Shown piece by piece: positions 1-9,232 of a stretch of 42,557 bases of DNA. Location: the NCBI GenBank assembly GCA_046262595.1, contig JBHEMM010000021.1:1-42557 (forward strand), in the 5' to 3' direction. The position numbers and the translations under genes are program-made. Positions within the stretch are counted from its first letter, which is position 1. Each line of letters opens with the position of its first letter. The notes beneath the pieces are model-generated. The model was not told the origin of the DNA. It saw nothing but the letters and a program-made list of their open reading frames with translations, and ran no database searches. This DNA comes from Vulcanimicrobiaceae bacterium. Its GTDB lineage: Bacteria; Vulcanimicrobiota; Vulcanimicrobiia; Vulcanimicrobiales; Vulcanimicrobiaceae.

Positions 1-1
1 C

Positions 2-658
2 AGTGAGGACATTCCGTGCGCGACAAAGCTCCCGGTCGTGAATAACTTCGCGGCCGTCGACACCGAGCGCATCGTCGAGCTGCACGCCGACACGGCGATA
101 GCGATTCCCGCGCAGAGGCCGCTGACGGCCGGTTTGCAGCATGCAGGCGTGCGCGTCGTGTATTTACATGACGACAGCTACGCCGACATTTTTTCGGTTC
201 TGCGCTCGCTCGGCGCGTTGACGGGCCGCGAACGCCGGGCGCAGCGCTTGATTGCATCGCTGCGCGCGCGGACTGCGGCCCTGCAGGCGAGCGTGAAGGG
301 GCGGCATCGTCCCAGCGTGTTGTTCGTGGAGCAAAGCCTGCCGCTTTGGACGATCGGGCCGCGATCGTATATCGCCACGCTCATCGGTCTCGCCGGCGGC
401 CGCATCGCGACCCAGTCGCTTCCGCTCGCGTACGCGCAATTTTCCGACGAAGCGCTGCTGCGAGCGGATCCGGATGTCATCGTCGCCACCGCCGATGCGC
501 ACATCGAGAACGTTTTGCAGCGCGAGCCGTGGCGGTCGCTCAAAGCCGTCCGCGCGCATCACGTGTTCGTTGCGCCGGACACCAACGCACTCGTCCGTCC
601 CGGACCGGAATACGTTGAAGGATTGCAATGGCTGATCGCGCGCTTCTCGTCGCTGTAG
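2..658 (+). CDS. Helical-backbone metal/cobalamin ABC transporter substrate-binding protein (BtuF/TroA-like), 5'-truncated by the window edge
   Basis: The frame is open from base 2. Motifs VDTERIVELHAD, LGALTGRERRA, GPRSYIATLIGLAGG, EALLRADPDVIV, W.SLKAVR and RPGP are typical of Peripla_BP_2 proteins. Confidence 0.8.
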   Translation, partial: SEDIPCATKLPVVNNFAAVDTERIVELHADTAIAIPAQRPLTAGLQHAGVRVVYLHDDSYADIFSVLRSLGALTGRERRAQRLIASLRARTAALQASVKGRHRPSVLFVEQSLPLWTIGPRSYIATLIGLAGGRIATQSLPLAYAQFSDEALLRADPDVIVATADAHIENVLQREPWRSLKAVRAHHVFVAPDTNALVRPGPEYVEGLQWLIARFSSL

Positions 659-1677
659 ACACGGGCGACAAGGGCCGCGCGATCGAGCCGGAACTGCTCG
701 AATTGCAGGCACTCGCGCACGCCTCTGGTGCGAACGTCGAAGAGATTGTCGTGCAGAAGCGTGACGCGGTCGATGCCGCAACGCTCGTAGGCAGCGGCAA
801 AGCACAAGAGCTCGCCGAGATCATCAAGGAGAACGATTACCGCCTCCTGCTCGTGCTCAACGATCTGCGGCCGCGTCAGCGCAAGAACCTCGAGAAGATC
901 GTTCCCGTCCCCATCGTCGACCGCACGATGTTGATCCTCGACGTTTTCGCGCAGCACGCGCGCAGCCGCGAGGGCAAACTGCAGGTGGAACTGGCGCAGT
1001 TACGTTACCGCCAGTCGAATCTCATCGGCACCGGAACCGACCTCTCGCGCCTGGGGGGCGGCATCGGCACGCGCGGTCCGGGGGAAACGAAACTCGAGGT
1101 CGACCGCCGCCGTATCTCCGCGCGCGTAAGCCTTTTACGCGATCAGCTCGAGACCGTGCGGCGTCAGCGCGAAACGCGGCGCAGCGCGCCGCGCGCGGAG
1201 CCGCTCGTGGCGCTTGTCGGGTATACGAACGCCGGCAAATCGTCGCTGCTCAACCGCCTGGCGCGCTCCGATGCGTATGTCGCGGATAAACCGTTTGCGA
1301 CGCTCGACCCGACGATGCGCCGGGTGTGGCTGCGCGGCGCGCAGTATGTGCGCGTCGTGGATACGGTCGGCTTTATCACCGATCTCCCGAAAGATCTGAT
1401 CAACGCGTTTCGCGCCACCCTCGAAGAGCTCAACGAGGCAGATCTGCTCGTGCACGTGGCGGACGCTTCCAATCGCGATTGGCCCCGCCAGATGCAAGCG
1501 GTTGACGCCACGCTGCGCGATCTCGGTCTGGAAAACAAGCCGCGGCTGCTCGTGTTCAACAAGACCGACGCCGCGCAAACGCCGGCTCGGCCCGGCGGAC
1601 TCAACGTGAGTGCGCGCACCGGCGCCGGAATCGACTCGTTACGGGAGGCGCTGGCTGCTGCTGCAGCGCAATCGTAG
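628..1677 (+). CDS. hflX: GTPase HflX
   Basis: DRTMLILDVFAQHARSREGKLQVELAQL, GGGIGTRGPGETKLEVDRR, G1 GYTNAGKS, FATLDPT, G3 DTVGF and G4 NKTD. Confidence 0.97.
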   Translation: MADRALLVAVDTGDKGRAIEPELLELQALAHASGANVEEIVVQKRDAVDAATLVGSGKAQELAEIIKENDYRLLLVLNDLRPRQRKNLEKIVPVPIVDRTMLILDVFAQHARSREGKLQVELAQLRYRQSNLIGTGTDLSRLGGGIGTRGPGETKLEVDRRRISARVSLLRDQLETVRRQRETRRSAPRAEPLVALVGYTNAGKSSLLNRLARSDAYVADKPFATLDPTMRRVWLRGAQYVRVVDTVGFITDLPKDLINAFRATLEELNEADLLVHVADASNRDWPRQMQAVDATLRDLGLENKPRLLVFNKTDAAQTPARPGGLNVSARTGAGIDSLREALAAAAAQS

Positions 1678-1687
1678 CGCGCGCGCC

Positions 1688-2383
1688 ATGAACAAAAATA
1701 TCCGCCTGCCGGCTCTTGCTGCCGTGCTGCTTGCCGCGTGTTCCTCGCATGCGGCAAATCCCGACGACGCGTTCGTCGCCGCTGCGGATGCGCTGCGCCC
1801 TTCGGTCGTGCTGCTCACCATGGACGTGCCCGGTTCGAAAAGAGGCAACCCCGACAGCGAGTACGCAACGGGCACCGTCGTTGCGAGCGGCGCTTGGGGC
1901 AGCGACATTCTTACGGTGGAGCACGCAATCGAACAAGCGTGGAATCTGCGCGTGACGATCGCAAACAAGGAAAAAGTCGCGGCAAGCGTCGTTGCGAAGG
2001 ACGCGAACCTTGATATTGCGCTGGTGCGCACCACGCGAAAGAATCTTCACGTCGCGAAGCTCGGGAGTACAGCGGACGCAAAACCGGGACGCATGGTCGG
2101 CCTGCTGGGATACCCCATTCCGGATCAGTTCGACGACGAAGGTTTGGGGTTGGCCACCTCGCTCAATTCCGGCCGCATCTCCTCGCTGCGTCAAGACGCG
2201 ATTGAGGTGACGTTGCCTATCGTTCCGGGCGAGAGCGGAAGCCCCGTGTTTTTAAGCGATAACGGTGAGATCGTCGGCATTGCGGAGTCGCGCTTTGACG
2301 AAGAGCGCTCGATCGGTTTCGCGCTCCCTGCCGGCGACGCGCTCAAATTTCTGCGCCGCACGGACGCGACGCACGGCTTTTAG
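1688..2383 (+). CDS. Trypsin-like (S1C/Trypsin_2) serine protease, predicted lipoprotein, no PDZ domain
   Basis: ATG at 1688 and lipobox LAAC. Candidate catalytic triad H (TVEHAI), D (LDIALV), S (GESGSP). Confidence 0.85.
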   Translation: MNKNIRLPALAAVLLAACSSHAANPDDAFVAAADALRPSVVLLTMDVPGSKRGNPDSEYATGTVVASGAWGSDILTVEHAIEQAWNLRVTIANKEKVAASVVAKDANLDIALVRTTRKNLHVAKLGSTADAKPGRMVGLLGYPIPDQFDDEGLGLATSLNSGRISSLRQDAIEVTLPIVPGESGSPVFLSDNGEIVGIAESRFDEERSIGFALPAGDALKFLRRTDATHGF

Positions 2384-3483
2384 TGCGCGGCGCCGTGCGG
2401 CGGCGCATGAAGCAGCGAGCGGTCGCCGACCCATTGCACCGGCGGAATCTCCAGGCGGCGCGCGAGTGCGTTAAGTTGCAGGCCGTACCGCGTGCGAAGG
2501 CGCGTGAACTCGCTCCACGCGCCGGCTGCATCCCGCGTCACGTATCCGGCGTTCTCCAAACGCTCGACCGCAGCGGCGAACTCCTGTTCTTCGATGCCGG
2601 GTCCTGCCGGTTCGCCGTGCATCAGGTCGAAGTAGTGCGCGAAATCGTTCGTCAGATGCTTGCCGATCTCGTACATGAGAAGCGCCTGTCCGCGGCTTTG
2701 CGGACTCAGCACGTGTTCGGGTTCTATTGTGCTGATAACGAGCGCCGATGCGTCCAGCAGTGTGCCGAGCGTTCCGACCCATGATTGGTAGTCGTGGCTG
2801 GAACGGAAATACATCAGCGTGGGGTAGGCAAGATGCGTTTCCATGACCGCCGCGGCCCATACTTGTCCCTCGCGCAACGTTTGCGCGAGGTCTTCGCGCA
2901 GGCCCGCGTACGAGAGCGTTTCGAGTAAGCCGACGCCGCTGGGCGGCACTCCGGCGCGCGCGCCCAGCGTCACGACGAATTGCTCGCGGGTCTGGAATGC
3001 GCCGAAGATCGAAAAGAGAAACGAAATGACGACCGCGACCACCGCAAGGCCGGACGCCGCGCAGAGCAGCGAGAGCAGCCGCGTCGTCATGCTGTGCGCG
3101 ACGATATCGCCGTAACCGATCGTCAGGAGCGAAGCGCCCGCATAGTAGAGCGTGTCACCGAAGTCCAGCCCTTGCGGCTGCAGCCCGGCGCGCAGCCCGT
3201 AAAACACGAGCGCCCAGCCGCCGAGAAGCGCCGCGACCCAAGCGCACAGCAGAACGATTAAATAGAAGGGCGCATAGGTTGCGAAAAAATCTTCCTTTTG
3301 CTCGCTGCCCGCGGCAAAGAGCAGCGTTGCGGCGCGCGGCCACAAATACCACAGACCACGCACGAGGTACCGGCTGATCCGCAGCGTCGTATTGGCCGCG
3401 CGCGGCACGATGACGGCTTGAAAGACGTCGCGCAGCGTGACCGCAATAAGGATGAAGCCGCCGAGAACGGCGGCTGCGTTTAG
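2380..3483 (-). CDS. Potassium channel family protein (Ion_trans_2-type pore); start uncertain
   Basis: Pore helix and filter [17 protein letters not shown] flanked by TM helices, plus a cytosolic C-terminal domain. The protein-like sequence begins at about 3483 and the first in-frame GTG after that is at 3408. Confidence 0.8.
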   Translation of the reverse strand, partial: LNAAAVLGGFILIAVTLRDVFQAVIVPRAANTTLRISRYLVRGLWYLWPRAATLLFAAGSEQKEDFFATYAPFYLIVLLCAWVAALLGGWALVFYGLRAGLQPQGLDFGDTLYYAGASLLTIGYGDIVAHSMTTRLLSLLCAASGLAVVAVVISFLFSIFGAFQTREQFVVTLGARAGVPPSGVGLLETLSYAGLREDLAQTLREGQVWAAAVMETHLAYPTLMYFRSSHDYQSWVGTLGTLLDASALVISTIEPEHVLSPQSRGQALLMYEIGKHLTNDFAHYFDLMHGEPAGPGIEEQEFAAAVERLENAGYVTRDAAGAWSEFTRLRTRYGLQLNALARRLEIPPVQWVGDRSLLHAPPHGAAH

Positions 3484-3911
3484 CGTGGGGTCATCGCCGG
3501 AACGGGCGTTTCGGCACCCGGCGTGGGCGTTGGGGTCGGCGGCGGCGGGATGGTCGGTCCGCCGGCGATCGGGGCAATGCGCAGATAGCCGACGTTGGCG
3601 GTCTGCGCTTCGCGCACTTTGGCGCGGGCGGTGCTCACCGTATAGCCGGGAGCATCGGCCGTAACGTCCTGGTTGCCGATCGGAATGTTGATGAGCGTGA
3701 ATGCGCCTCGGGGGTCGCTGTAGGTCGTGTAGAGCGACCCGACGGAAACCAGCACGCCGCCCACCGGGCGGTTGTTCGTGGCGTCCAAAACGCGGCCCAC
3801 GATCGCGCCGAATTGCGAGACGCCGCCGCCGTTGGGGTTGCTGCAGCCGCCGCCGTTTGCGCCCAGGCTCAAAAGCAGAACGCCGCCCAAGATCCAAAAT
3901 CTACGCATCAT
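3480..3911 (-). CDS. Carboxypeptidase-regulatory-like domain protein, probable lipoprotein with Pro/Thr tail
   Basis: Signal peptide ending GANGGGC. Fold signature [19 protein letters not shown]...[15 protein letters not shown]...VTADAPGY, then a [10 protein letters not shown] tail. Confidence 0.8.
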   Translation of the reverse strand: MMRRFWILGGVLLLSLGANGGGCSNPNGGGVSQFGAIVGRVLDATNNRPVGGVLVSVGSLYTTYSDPRGAFTLINIPIGNQDVTADAPGYTVSTARAKVREAQTANVGYLRIAPIAGGPTIPPPPTPTPTPGAETPVPAMTPR

Positions 3912-4005
3912 GTTCTTGAAGAACGATGTTTCCGGCGCCGCTGTTACAGCCCTTCGTCCCCTGCCACAATTGTCGCATGCGATCGTTCAAGGGGTTCCGT
4001 ACCAC

Positions 4006-4023
4006 TTGTGAAAAAATCCACGA
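4006..4023. promoter_or_regulatory. Putative Rex (NADH/NAD+ sensor) operator upstream of nuoA
   Basis: TTGTGAAAAAATCCACGA matches the consensus TTGTGAAnnnnTTCACAA with 2 mismatches and lies 3 bp before the nuoA ATG. Confidence 0.6.
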
Positions 4024-4026
4024 GCG

Positions 4027-4380
4027 ATGACCCCCTATGCTCCCGTAGCCATGTTCGTAGCTGTCGCCTTTGCGGCGGCCCTGGGATTCAGCCTGCTGCC
4101 CGGCTTGCTCGCGCAGCGAAAGCCCAACCCCGAAAAAGAGAAAGCGTACGAATGCGGCGTCGAGCCGACGTCCAGCATCTCCGGCAGATTTCCGGTGAAG
4201 TTTTATTTGATCGCCATGCTCTTCGTCGTGCTCGACGTAGAAGCGGCTTCGATTTTCCCGTGGGCCGTGCAGATGCACGCGCTGCGCGTGTTCGGATTGC
4301 TCGAAATGGTGTTTTTTATTGTGGTGTTGGCGATTGGGTACGCCTATGTTTGGAAAAACAGAGGCTTCGAATGGAGATAG
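4027..4380 (+). CDS. nuoA: NADH-quinone oxidoreductase subunit A
   Basis: [25 protein letters not shown] and FPWAV, with three TM segments. Confidence 0.96.
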   Translation: MTPYAPVAMFVAVAFAAALGFSLLPGLLAQRKPNPEKEKAYECGVEPTSSISGRFPVKFYLIAMLFVVLDVEAASIFPWAVQMHALRVFGLLEMVFFIVVLAIGYAYVWKNRGFEWR

Positions 4381-4850
4381 GACCGGGACAATTTCTTTTG
4401 GCGCGATTAGACGACGTCGCGCGATGGGCGCAAAGTTCGAGCGTGTGGCCGCTGACCATGGGGCTTGCATGCTGCGCGATCGAGATGATGTCGGTGACTT
4501 CCGCCGAGTACGATATCGCTCGTTTGGGCTCCGAGGTGTTCCGTCCGTCGCCGCGGCAAGCGGATCTGATGATCGTTTCCGGGCGGGTCGCGCAAAAAAT
4601 GGCGCCGGTCGTGAAGCGTCTGTTCGATCAGATGGCGGATCCGAAATGGGTCATCTCGATGGGCGCGTGCGCCAGCTCGGGCGGTGTGTTCGATAACTAC
4701 GCCATCGTGCAAGGCGTGGATACGATCATTCCGGTCGACGTCTATGTGCCGGGTTGTCCGCCGACGCCCGACGGTCTGCTCTATGCGGTGAATCTGATTC
4801 AGCAGCAGATCCGCGAAGGCGGCCGCGGCGGCCTGCTAGCAAGAGCGTAA
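4371..4850 (+). CDS. nuoB: NADH-quinone oxidoreductase subunit B
   Basis: [29 protein letters not shown] and YVPGCPP. The ATG at 4371 overlaps the end of nuoA. Confidence 0.96.
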   Translation: MEIGPGQFLLARLDDVARWAQSSSVWPLTMGLACCAIEMMSVTSAEYDIARLGSEVFRPSPRQADLMIVSGRVAQKMAPVVKRLFDQMADPKWVISMGACASSGGVFDNYAIVQGVDTIIPVDVYVPGCPPTPDGLLYAVNLIQQQIREGGRGGLLARA

Positions 4851-4855
4851 ACGCA

Positions 4856-5455
4856 ATGCCGAGTTCCCAAGCTCCGCCGCTGATCGGCTTGGCGGCCGAT
4901 CCGACCGCCGTGCGTCCGCCGATTGCCGATGCGATCGTCGAGCGCATCGAACCGCAGCAGTTGCTCGCGCGTCTGCAGCAGCTCAAAGCGGAAGGCTACA
5001 CGATGCTCCTCGATGTCGGCGGCGTGGATTATCCGCACCGCACGCCGCGCTTCGACGTCGTCTATCATTTGCTGGCAATGCCGCTGCGCAAGGCGGACAT
5101 CGCACAAGTCGGAACGCCCAAACGCCTGCGTCTGCTGTGCGGCGTGAGCGAAGCCTCACCCGCGGTTCCCAGCGCGACGGGCCTATGGCTTAATGCGGAT
5201 TGGGCCGAGCGCGAGATCTTCGATCTGTTCGGCATCGCGTTCGAAGGCCACCCCGACCTGCGGCGCATTCAAATGCCGCACGATTGGGAAGGCGCGCCGT
5301 TGCGCAAAGATTATCCGTTGCGCGGGCCTGCGAAGGAAAAATCGCCGCGGCCCTCGTTCGCGCTCAAGAGCAACGTCGCCGCCGGAACGCCTCCGTCCGG
5401 GCGCACCCTGGAAGCGCTGCAAGAGCAGATACGTAAAGCGCGGGAATCGTCATGA
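4856..5455 (+). CDS. nuoC: NADH-quinone oxidoreductase subunit C
   Basis: GVDYP, RFDVVYHL, ADWAEREIFDLFGIAFEGHPDLRRI and PLRKDYP. Confidence 0.95.
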   Translation: MPSSQAPPLIGLAADPTAVRPPIADAIVERIEPQQLLARLQQLKAEGYTMLLDVGGVDYPHRTPRFDVVYHLLAMPLRKADIAQVGTPKRLRLLCGVSEASPAVPSATGLWLNADWAEREIFDLFGIAFEGHPDLRRIQMPHDWEGAPLRKDYPLRGPAKEKSPRPSFALKSNVAAGTPPSGRTLEALQEQIRKARESS

Positions 5456-6666
5456 CGACGCCGCTTACGCCGGAAACGGTCTCACAAGACGGCAACTCGA
5501 TGGTGCTCTCCATGGGCCCGCAGCATCCGTCCACCCACGGCGTGCTGCAGATCATGCTTGAAATCGACGGCGAGAACATCGTCAAAGCGGATCCCGAGAT
5601 CGGGTACCTGCACACGGGCATCGAAAAAAACTGCGAGAACCAATTCTGGTCGACGGCGCAAACGAACGTCGAGCGCATGGATTACCTGGCGCCCAGCAGC
5701 AACGCGCTCTGCTATGCGCTCGGCGTCGAAAAACTGCTCGGCATTACGGATGACATCCCCGAGCGCGCGCAGATCATCCGCGTTCTCAACGCGGAGCTCG
5801 CGCGCATCGCCTCACACTGCGTGTGGCTGGGAACCGGCGGCATCGATCTTGGCGCGCTCTCCGTGTTTTTCTACACGTTCGATCTGCGAGAGAACATTCT
5901 TGATCTGCAGGAGGCCGCCGGCGGCGCGCGCATGCATCCGAACTACATCCGCGTCGGCGGCGTGAACGGCGATACGCCCGAAGGCTACATGGAGCGCCTC
6001 GATGCGCTGATCGAAAAGTTTCCCGGCCGCATGAAAGACTTGCGCGCGCTCGTACAGGCAAATCCGATCTTGCAGGACCGCATGGTCGACGTCGGTATTA
6101 TCGCGCCCGAAGAAGCGGTGCAGTGGAGCCTCACCGGTCCGTCTTTACGCGCGAGCGGCATTGCGTACGACGTGCGCAAGGCGTTTCCATACAGCGGTTA
6201 CGAGACGTACGACTTTGAAGTGCCCGTTGCGGCCGAAGGCGATTCGTACGCGCGTTTTCTCGTGCGTTTGGACGAGATGGACCAATCGCTGCGCATCGTC
6301 AAGCAATGCCGCGACCGGCTCAAAGCCGTCAAAGGGCCGATCGCCGTCGACAACGCTAAAGTCGTCGCGCCGCCCAAAGAAACGATCGCGCTTTCAATGG
6401 AGGCGCTCATTCACCACTTTAAGATCATGACCGAAGGCTTCCGTGTGCCGCCCGGCGACGTCTATCAGCCCGTGGAAGGGCCGCGCGGCGAGCTGGGCTT
6501 TTACATCGTCAGCGACGGCGGCAACCGCCCGTACCGCATTCGCACGCGGCCGCCCTCCTTGTATAATTTGCAAGCGATCAAGGGAATCGCTCCGGGCAAT
6601 CTGATAGCAGATCTGGTCGTCATGATCGGTTCGCTCGATCCGGTGTTCGGCGAGGTGGACCGGTGA
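5452..6666 (+). CDS. nuoD: NADH-quinone oxidoreductase subunit D
   Basis: MGPQHPSTHGVL, IGYLHTGIEK, RMDY, EGPRGELG and C-terminal GEVDR. Confidence 0.97.
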   Translation: MTTPLTPETVSQDGNSMVLSMGPQHPSTHGVLQIMLEIDGENIVKADPEIGYLHTGIEKNCENQFWSTAQTNVERMDYLAPSSNALCYALGVEKLLGITDDIPERAQIIRVLNAELARIASHCVWLGTGGIDLGALSVFFYTFDLRENILDLQEAAGGARMHPNYIRVGGVNGDTPEGYMERLDALIEKFPGRMKDLRALVQANPILQDRMVDVGIIAPEEAVQWSLTGPSLRASGIAYDVRKAFPYSGYETYDFEVPVAAEGDSYARFLVRLDEMDQSLRIVKQCRDRLKAVKGPIAVDNAKVVAPPKETIALSMEALIHHFKIMTEGFRVPPGDVYQPVEGPRGELGFYIVSDGGNRPYRIRTRPPSLYNLQAIKGIAPGNLIADLVVMIGSLDPVFGEVDR

Positions 6667-7424
6667 ACGCGGCGTTTGCGGAATTGGAGGCGCGCCTGGG
6701 TCCGCAGTGCGAGGAGATCGTCGCGCAATACGAGCAGCCGCGCTCCGCGCTGCTTCCTCTGGTGCATCTCTTCCAAGAACACGAAGGCTACGCCAGTCAA
6801 GACGCGATGCGCGCCGTCTCGCGTATTCTGGATCTTTCGCTTGCGGTGGTGGAGTCGACGGTTTCCTTCTACACCCTGTTTTTTCGTAAGCCCGTCGGTA
6901 AATACGTGCTGCAAGTCTGCCGCGGCTTGGCGTGCCAAATCAACGGCGCGGACGAGATCCACAACTATTTTCGCACCAGACTTGGTATAGGCCACTTGCA
7001 GACGACGCCGGACGGCATCTTCAGCTATGAAGAAGTTGAGTGTCTGGCCGCATGCGATCGTGCGACGTGCATGCAGGTGAATCTCGAATTCGTTTACGAT
7101 CTCACGCCCGTGCAGATCGATACGATGATCGAAGCGATGCGCGCCGGAACCTATGACGTCGCGCCGATGGCGCAGACGGCGGCGCCGGAACAGACGTGGC
7201 TCGTCCTGCAGGACGCGCAAGTGTCGATGGGCGGCAAATCCGCCGGCGCGCTGGATCAGCCGGAGCCCAACAACGCCGGCGGACTGGATCGCGACGGCGT
7301 GATCATGGTGGACCGGATCATCAATCAGGAATACCGTTTCAAGGGACGCACGAAAGAGCGCTTGGCCAACATGGAGGCGCAGTTCGAGGACGTAATCGAT
7401 CGCCGCAACGGAGCGGCGCATTAG
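6663..7424 (+). CDS. nuoE: NADH-quinone oxidoreductase subunit E (with C-terminal extension)
   Basis: SALLPLVH, SFYTLF, and 2Fe-2S ligand motifs VCRGLAC and ECLAAC. Confidence 0.92.
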   Translation: MNAAFAELEARLGPQCEEIVAQYEQPRSALLPLVHLFQEHEGYASQDAMRAVSRILDLSLAVVESTVSFYTLFFRKPVGKYVLQVCRGLACQINGADEIHNYFRTRLGIGHLQTTPDGIFSYEEVECLAACDRATCMQVNLEFVYDLTPVQIDTMIEAMRAGTYDVAPMAQTAAPEQTWLVLQDAQVSMGGKSAGALDQPEPNNAGGLDRDGVIMVDRIINQEYRFKGRTKERLANMEAQFEDVIDRRNGAAH

Positions 7425-8684
7425 ATGCCGGTGGTGAAAGTGCTCACCGAAGGCATCGGCGAGGCGGATCTGCGCGATATCGGCGTCTACCGCAAACGCG
7501 GCGGCTACGCGCAGTTCGAACGCGCCGTCAAAACGATGACACCGGCGCAAGTGCTCGAGATTTGCGATAAGTCGGGTCTGCGCGGCCGCGGAGGCGCGGG
7601 ATTCCCGACGGGCAAAAAATGGTCGTTTTTACCTGCCAACGGCAAGCCGCGGTATCTGGTCTGCAACTGCGATGAAGCAGAACCCGGAACGTTCAAAGAT
7701 CACATGCTGCTCGAACAGGCGCCGCATCTGGTGCTCGAGGGCATTCTGCTGGGCGCGTACGGCATCGGCTGCACGCACGCGTACATCTATATTCGCGGTG
7801 AATTCAAGCGCGGCGCCGCGATCTTCGAGCAAACGATTGCGCAGGCGCGCGACGCGGGCTTTGTCGGCAAGAACCTTTTCGGTAAAGGCTACGATCTTGA
7901 AGTGACGGTGCACCGCGGTGCCGGTGCGTACATCTGCGGTGAAGAAACCGCGCTGCTCAATTCGCTCGAAGGCAAACGCGGCGAGCCGCGCCTCAAGCCG
8001 CCGTTTCCGGCCGTTGCGGGCCTCTATGGCATGCCGACCGTCGTAAACAACGTCGAGACCCTCGCCTATTTGGTGCCGATCCTCGAAAAAGGCGCGCAGT
8101 GGTTCGCATCGGCCGGCACCGAGCGCAGCAAAGGCTACAAGATCGTTTCGATCAGCGGCCACGTCCAAAAGCCGGCTAACTACGAAGTTCCGCTCGGCAC
8201 GCCGGTCCGGGAGCTGATCGAGATTGCCGGCGGTTTGCGGCCGGGACGCACACTGATGGCGATCCAGCCCGGCGGCGGTTCGTCTGCGTGCATCTTCGAA
8301 GAACATCTCGATCTGCCGTACGATTACGAATCGATGGCTAAAGCCGGCTCGATGCTGGGCTCGGCCGCGTTCCTCGTGATGGACGATACGACGGATTTCG
8401 TCAAAGCCGCATTCAACTTGGTGCGCTTCTTTTCGCACGAATCGTGCGGTCAATGCACGCCGTGCCGCGAAGGCGGGCATTGGCTCGAAACGGTGCTGCG
8501 CCGCTTCGTCGAAGGACGCGGCATGCCGTCCGACATGGACATGCTGCACAAAGTGAGTGCGGAGATCACGGGCATCAATCTCTGCGCGCTTGGCGACTCC
8601 ATCGAACCGTTCCTCAAATCCGTCCTCAACCGTTTCCCGCAGCAATTCGAAGCACGCATCCTCAAAGAAAGCGTCCCCGTATGA
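7425..8684 (+). CDS. nuoF: NADH-quinone oxidoreductase subunit F
   Basis: SGLRGRGGAGFPTG.KW, NCDEAEPGTFKD, GAGAYICGEETAL and HESCGQCTPCREG. Confidence 0.97.
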   Translation: MPVVKVLTEGIGEADLRDIGVYRKRGGYAQFERAVKTMTPAQVLEICDKSGLRGRGGAGFPTGKKWSFLPANGKPRYLVCNCDEAEPGTFKDHMLLEQAPHLVLEGILLGAYGIGCTHAYIYIRGEFKRGAAIFEQTIAQARDAGFVGKNLFGKGYDLEVTVHRGAGAYICGEETALLNSLEGKRGEPRLKPPFPAVAGLYGMPTVVNNVETLAYLVPILEKGAQWFASAGTERSKGYKIVSISGHVQKPANYEVPLGTPVRELIEIAGGLRPGRTLMAIQPGGGSSACIFEEHLDLPYDYESMAKAGSMLGSAAFLVMDDTTDFVKAAFNLVRFFSHESCGQCTPCREGGHWLETVLRRFVEGRGMPSDMDMLHKVSAEITGINLCALGDSIEPFLKSVLNRFPQQFEARILKESVPV

Positions 8685-9232
8685 AGAACGCCGTCACGAC
8701 GAACGCCCATTGTGTCATGCTGAGCCCCTCGAAGGCCCGGCCAGCGTCGAGGGCATTGACGATCGCCTTACCATTGCTTCTCGCCGCCGCAAGCCTTTGG
8801 ACGCAAGCGCTCGCTCAGGACGCGCACGCGCGAACCGGGGCCGATGCCATGAAAAGGCTCGCGTTCCTGAGCGGATCGTGGACGTGCACGATGCACGGCG
8901 GCAGCTCCGAGGGCGTCGTCGATCATTTAACGTATTCGTTTACTGCGGACGGCCGCTGGATGATCGAACGCAGCGACGTGCAGGGCGGTGAATCGTCCGT
9001 GCAGATCTGGGGTTATGATCCCGCGCAGCGCCGGCTGATCGCGCAGCAATACGGACCGCAAGGCGTCGCAACGAAAACGGTCGATGGTTGGAAGCAGAAC
9101 CAATTCGTGAGCCGCCGCGACGACAACGGTGCCACCATCGTGCTGCAGCAGAGTGCTCCGAACGCGTTCTCGTGGACCGTTCATGCTTCGGCGCCCGGGC
9201 AATCCGCCGTCAGGGAGAACTGCATCCGGTAA
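8681..9232 (+). CDS. Hypothetical secreted beta-barrel protein (DUF1579/lipocalin-like) inserted in the nuo operon
   Basis: ATGA overlap with nuoF and TAATG overlap with nuoG. Signal-like ALPLLLAAASLWTQALA is followed by L.FL.GSWTC, DGRWM and WGYDP motifs. Confidence 0.7.
   Translation: MKNAVTTNAHCVMLSPSKARPASRALTIALPLLLAAASLWTQALAQDAHARTGADAMKRLAFLSGSWTCTMHGGSSEGVVDHLTYSFTADGRWMIERSDVQGGESSVQIWGYDPAQRRLIAQQYGPQGVATKTVDGWKQNQFVSRRDDNGATIVLQQSAPNAFSWTVHASAPGQSAVRENCIR

Noticed and set aside
3484..3897. Long Arg-rich N-terminus of the channel ORF (2380..3897)
   Set aside because: It is an alternate-frame read of the lipoprotein gene 3480-3911.
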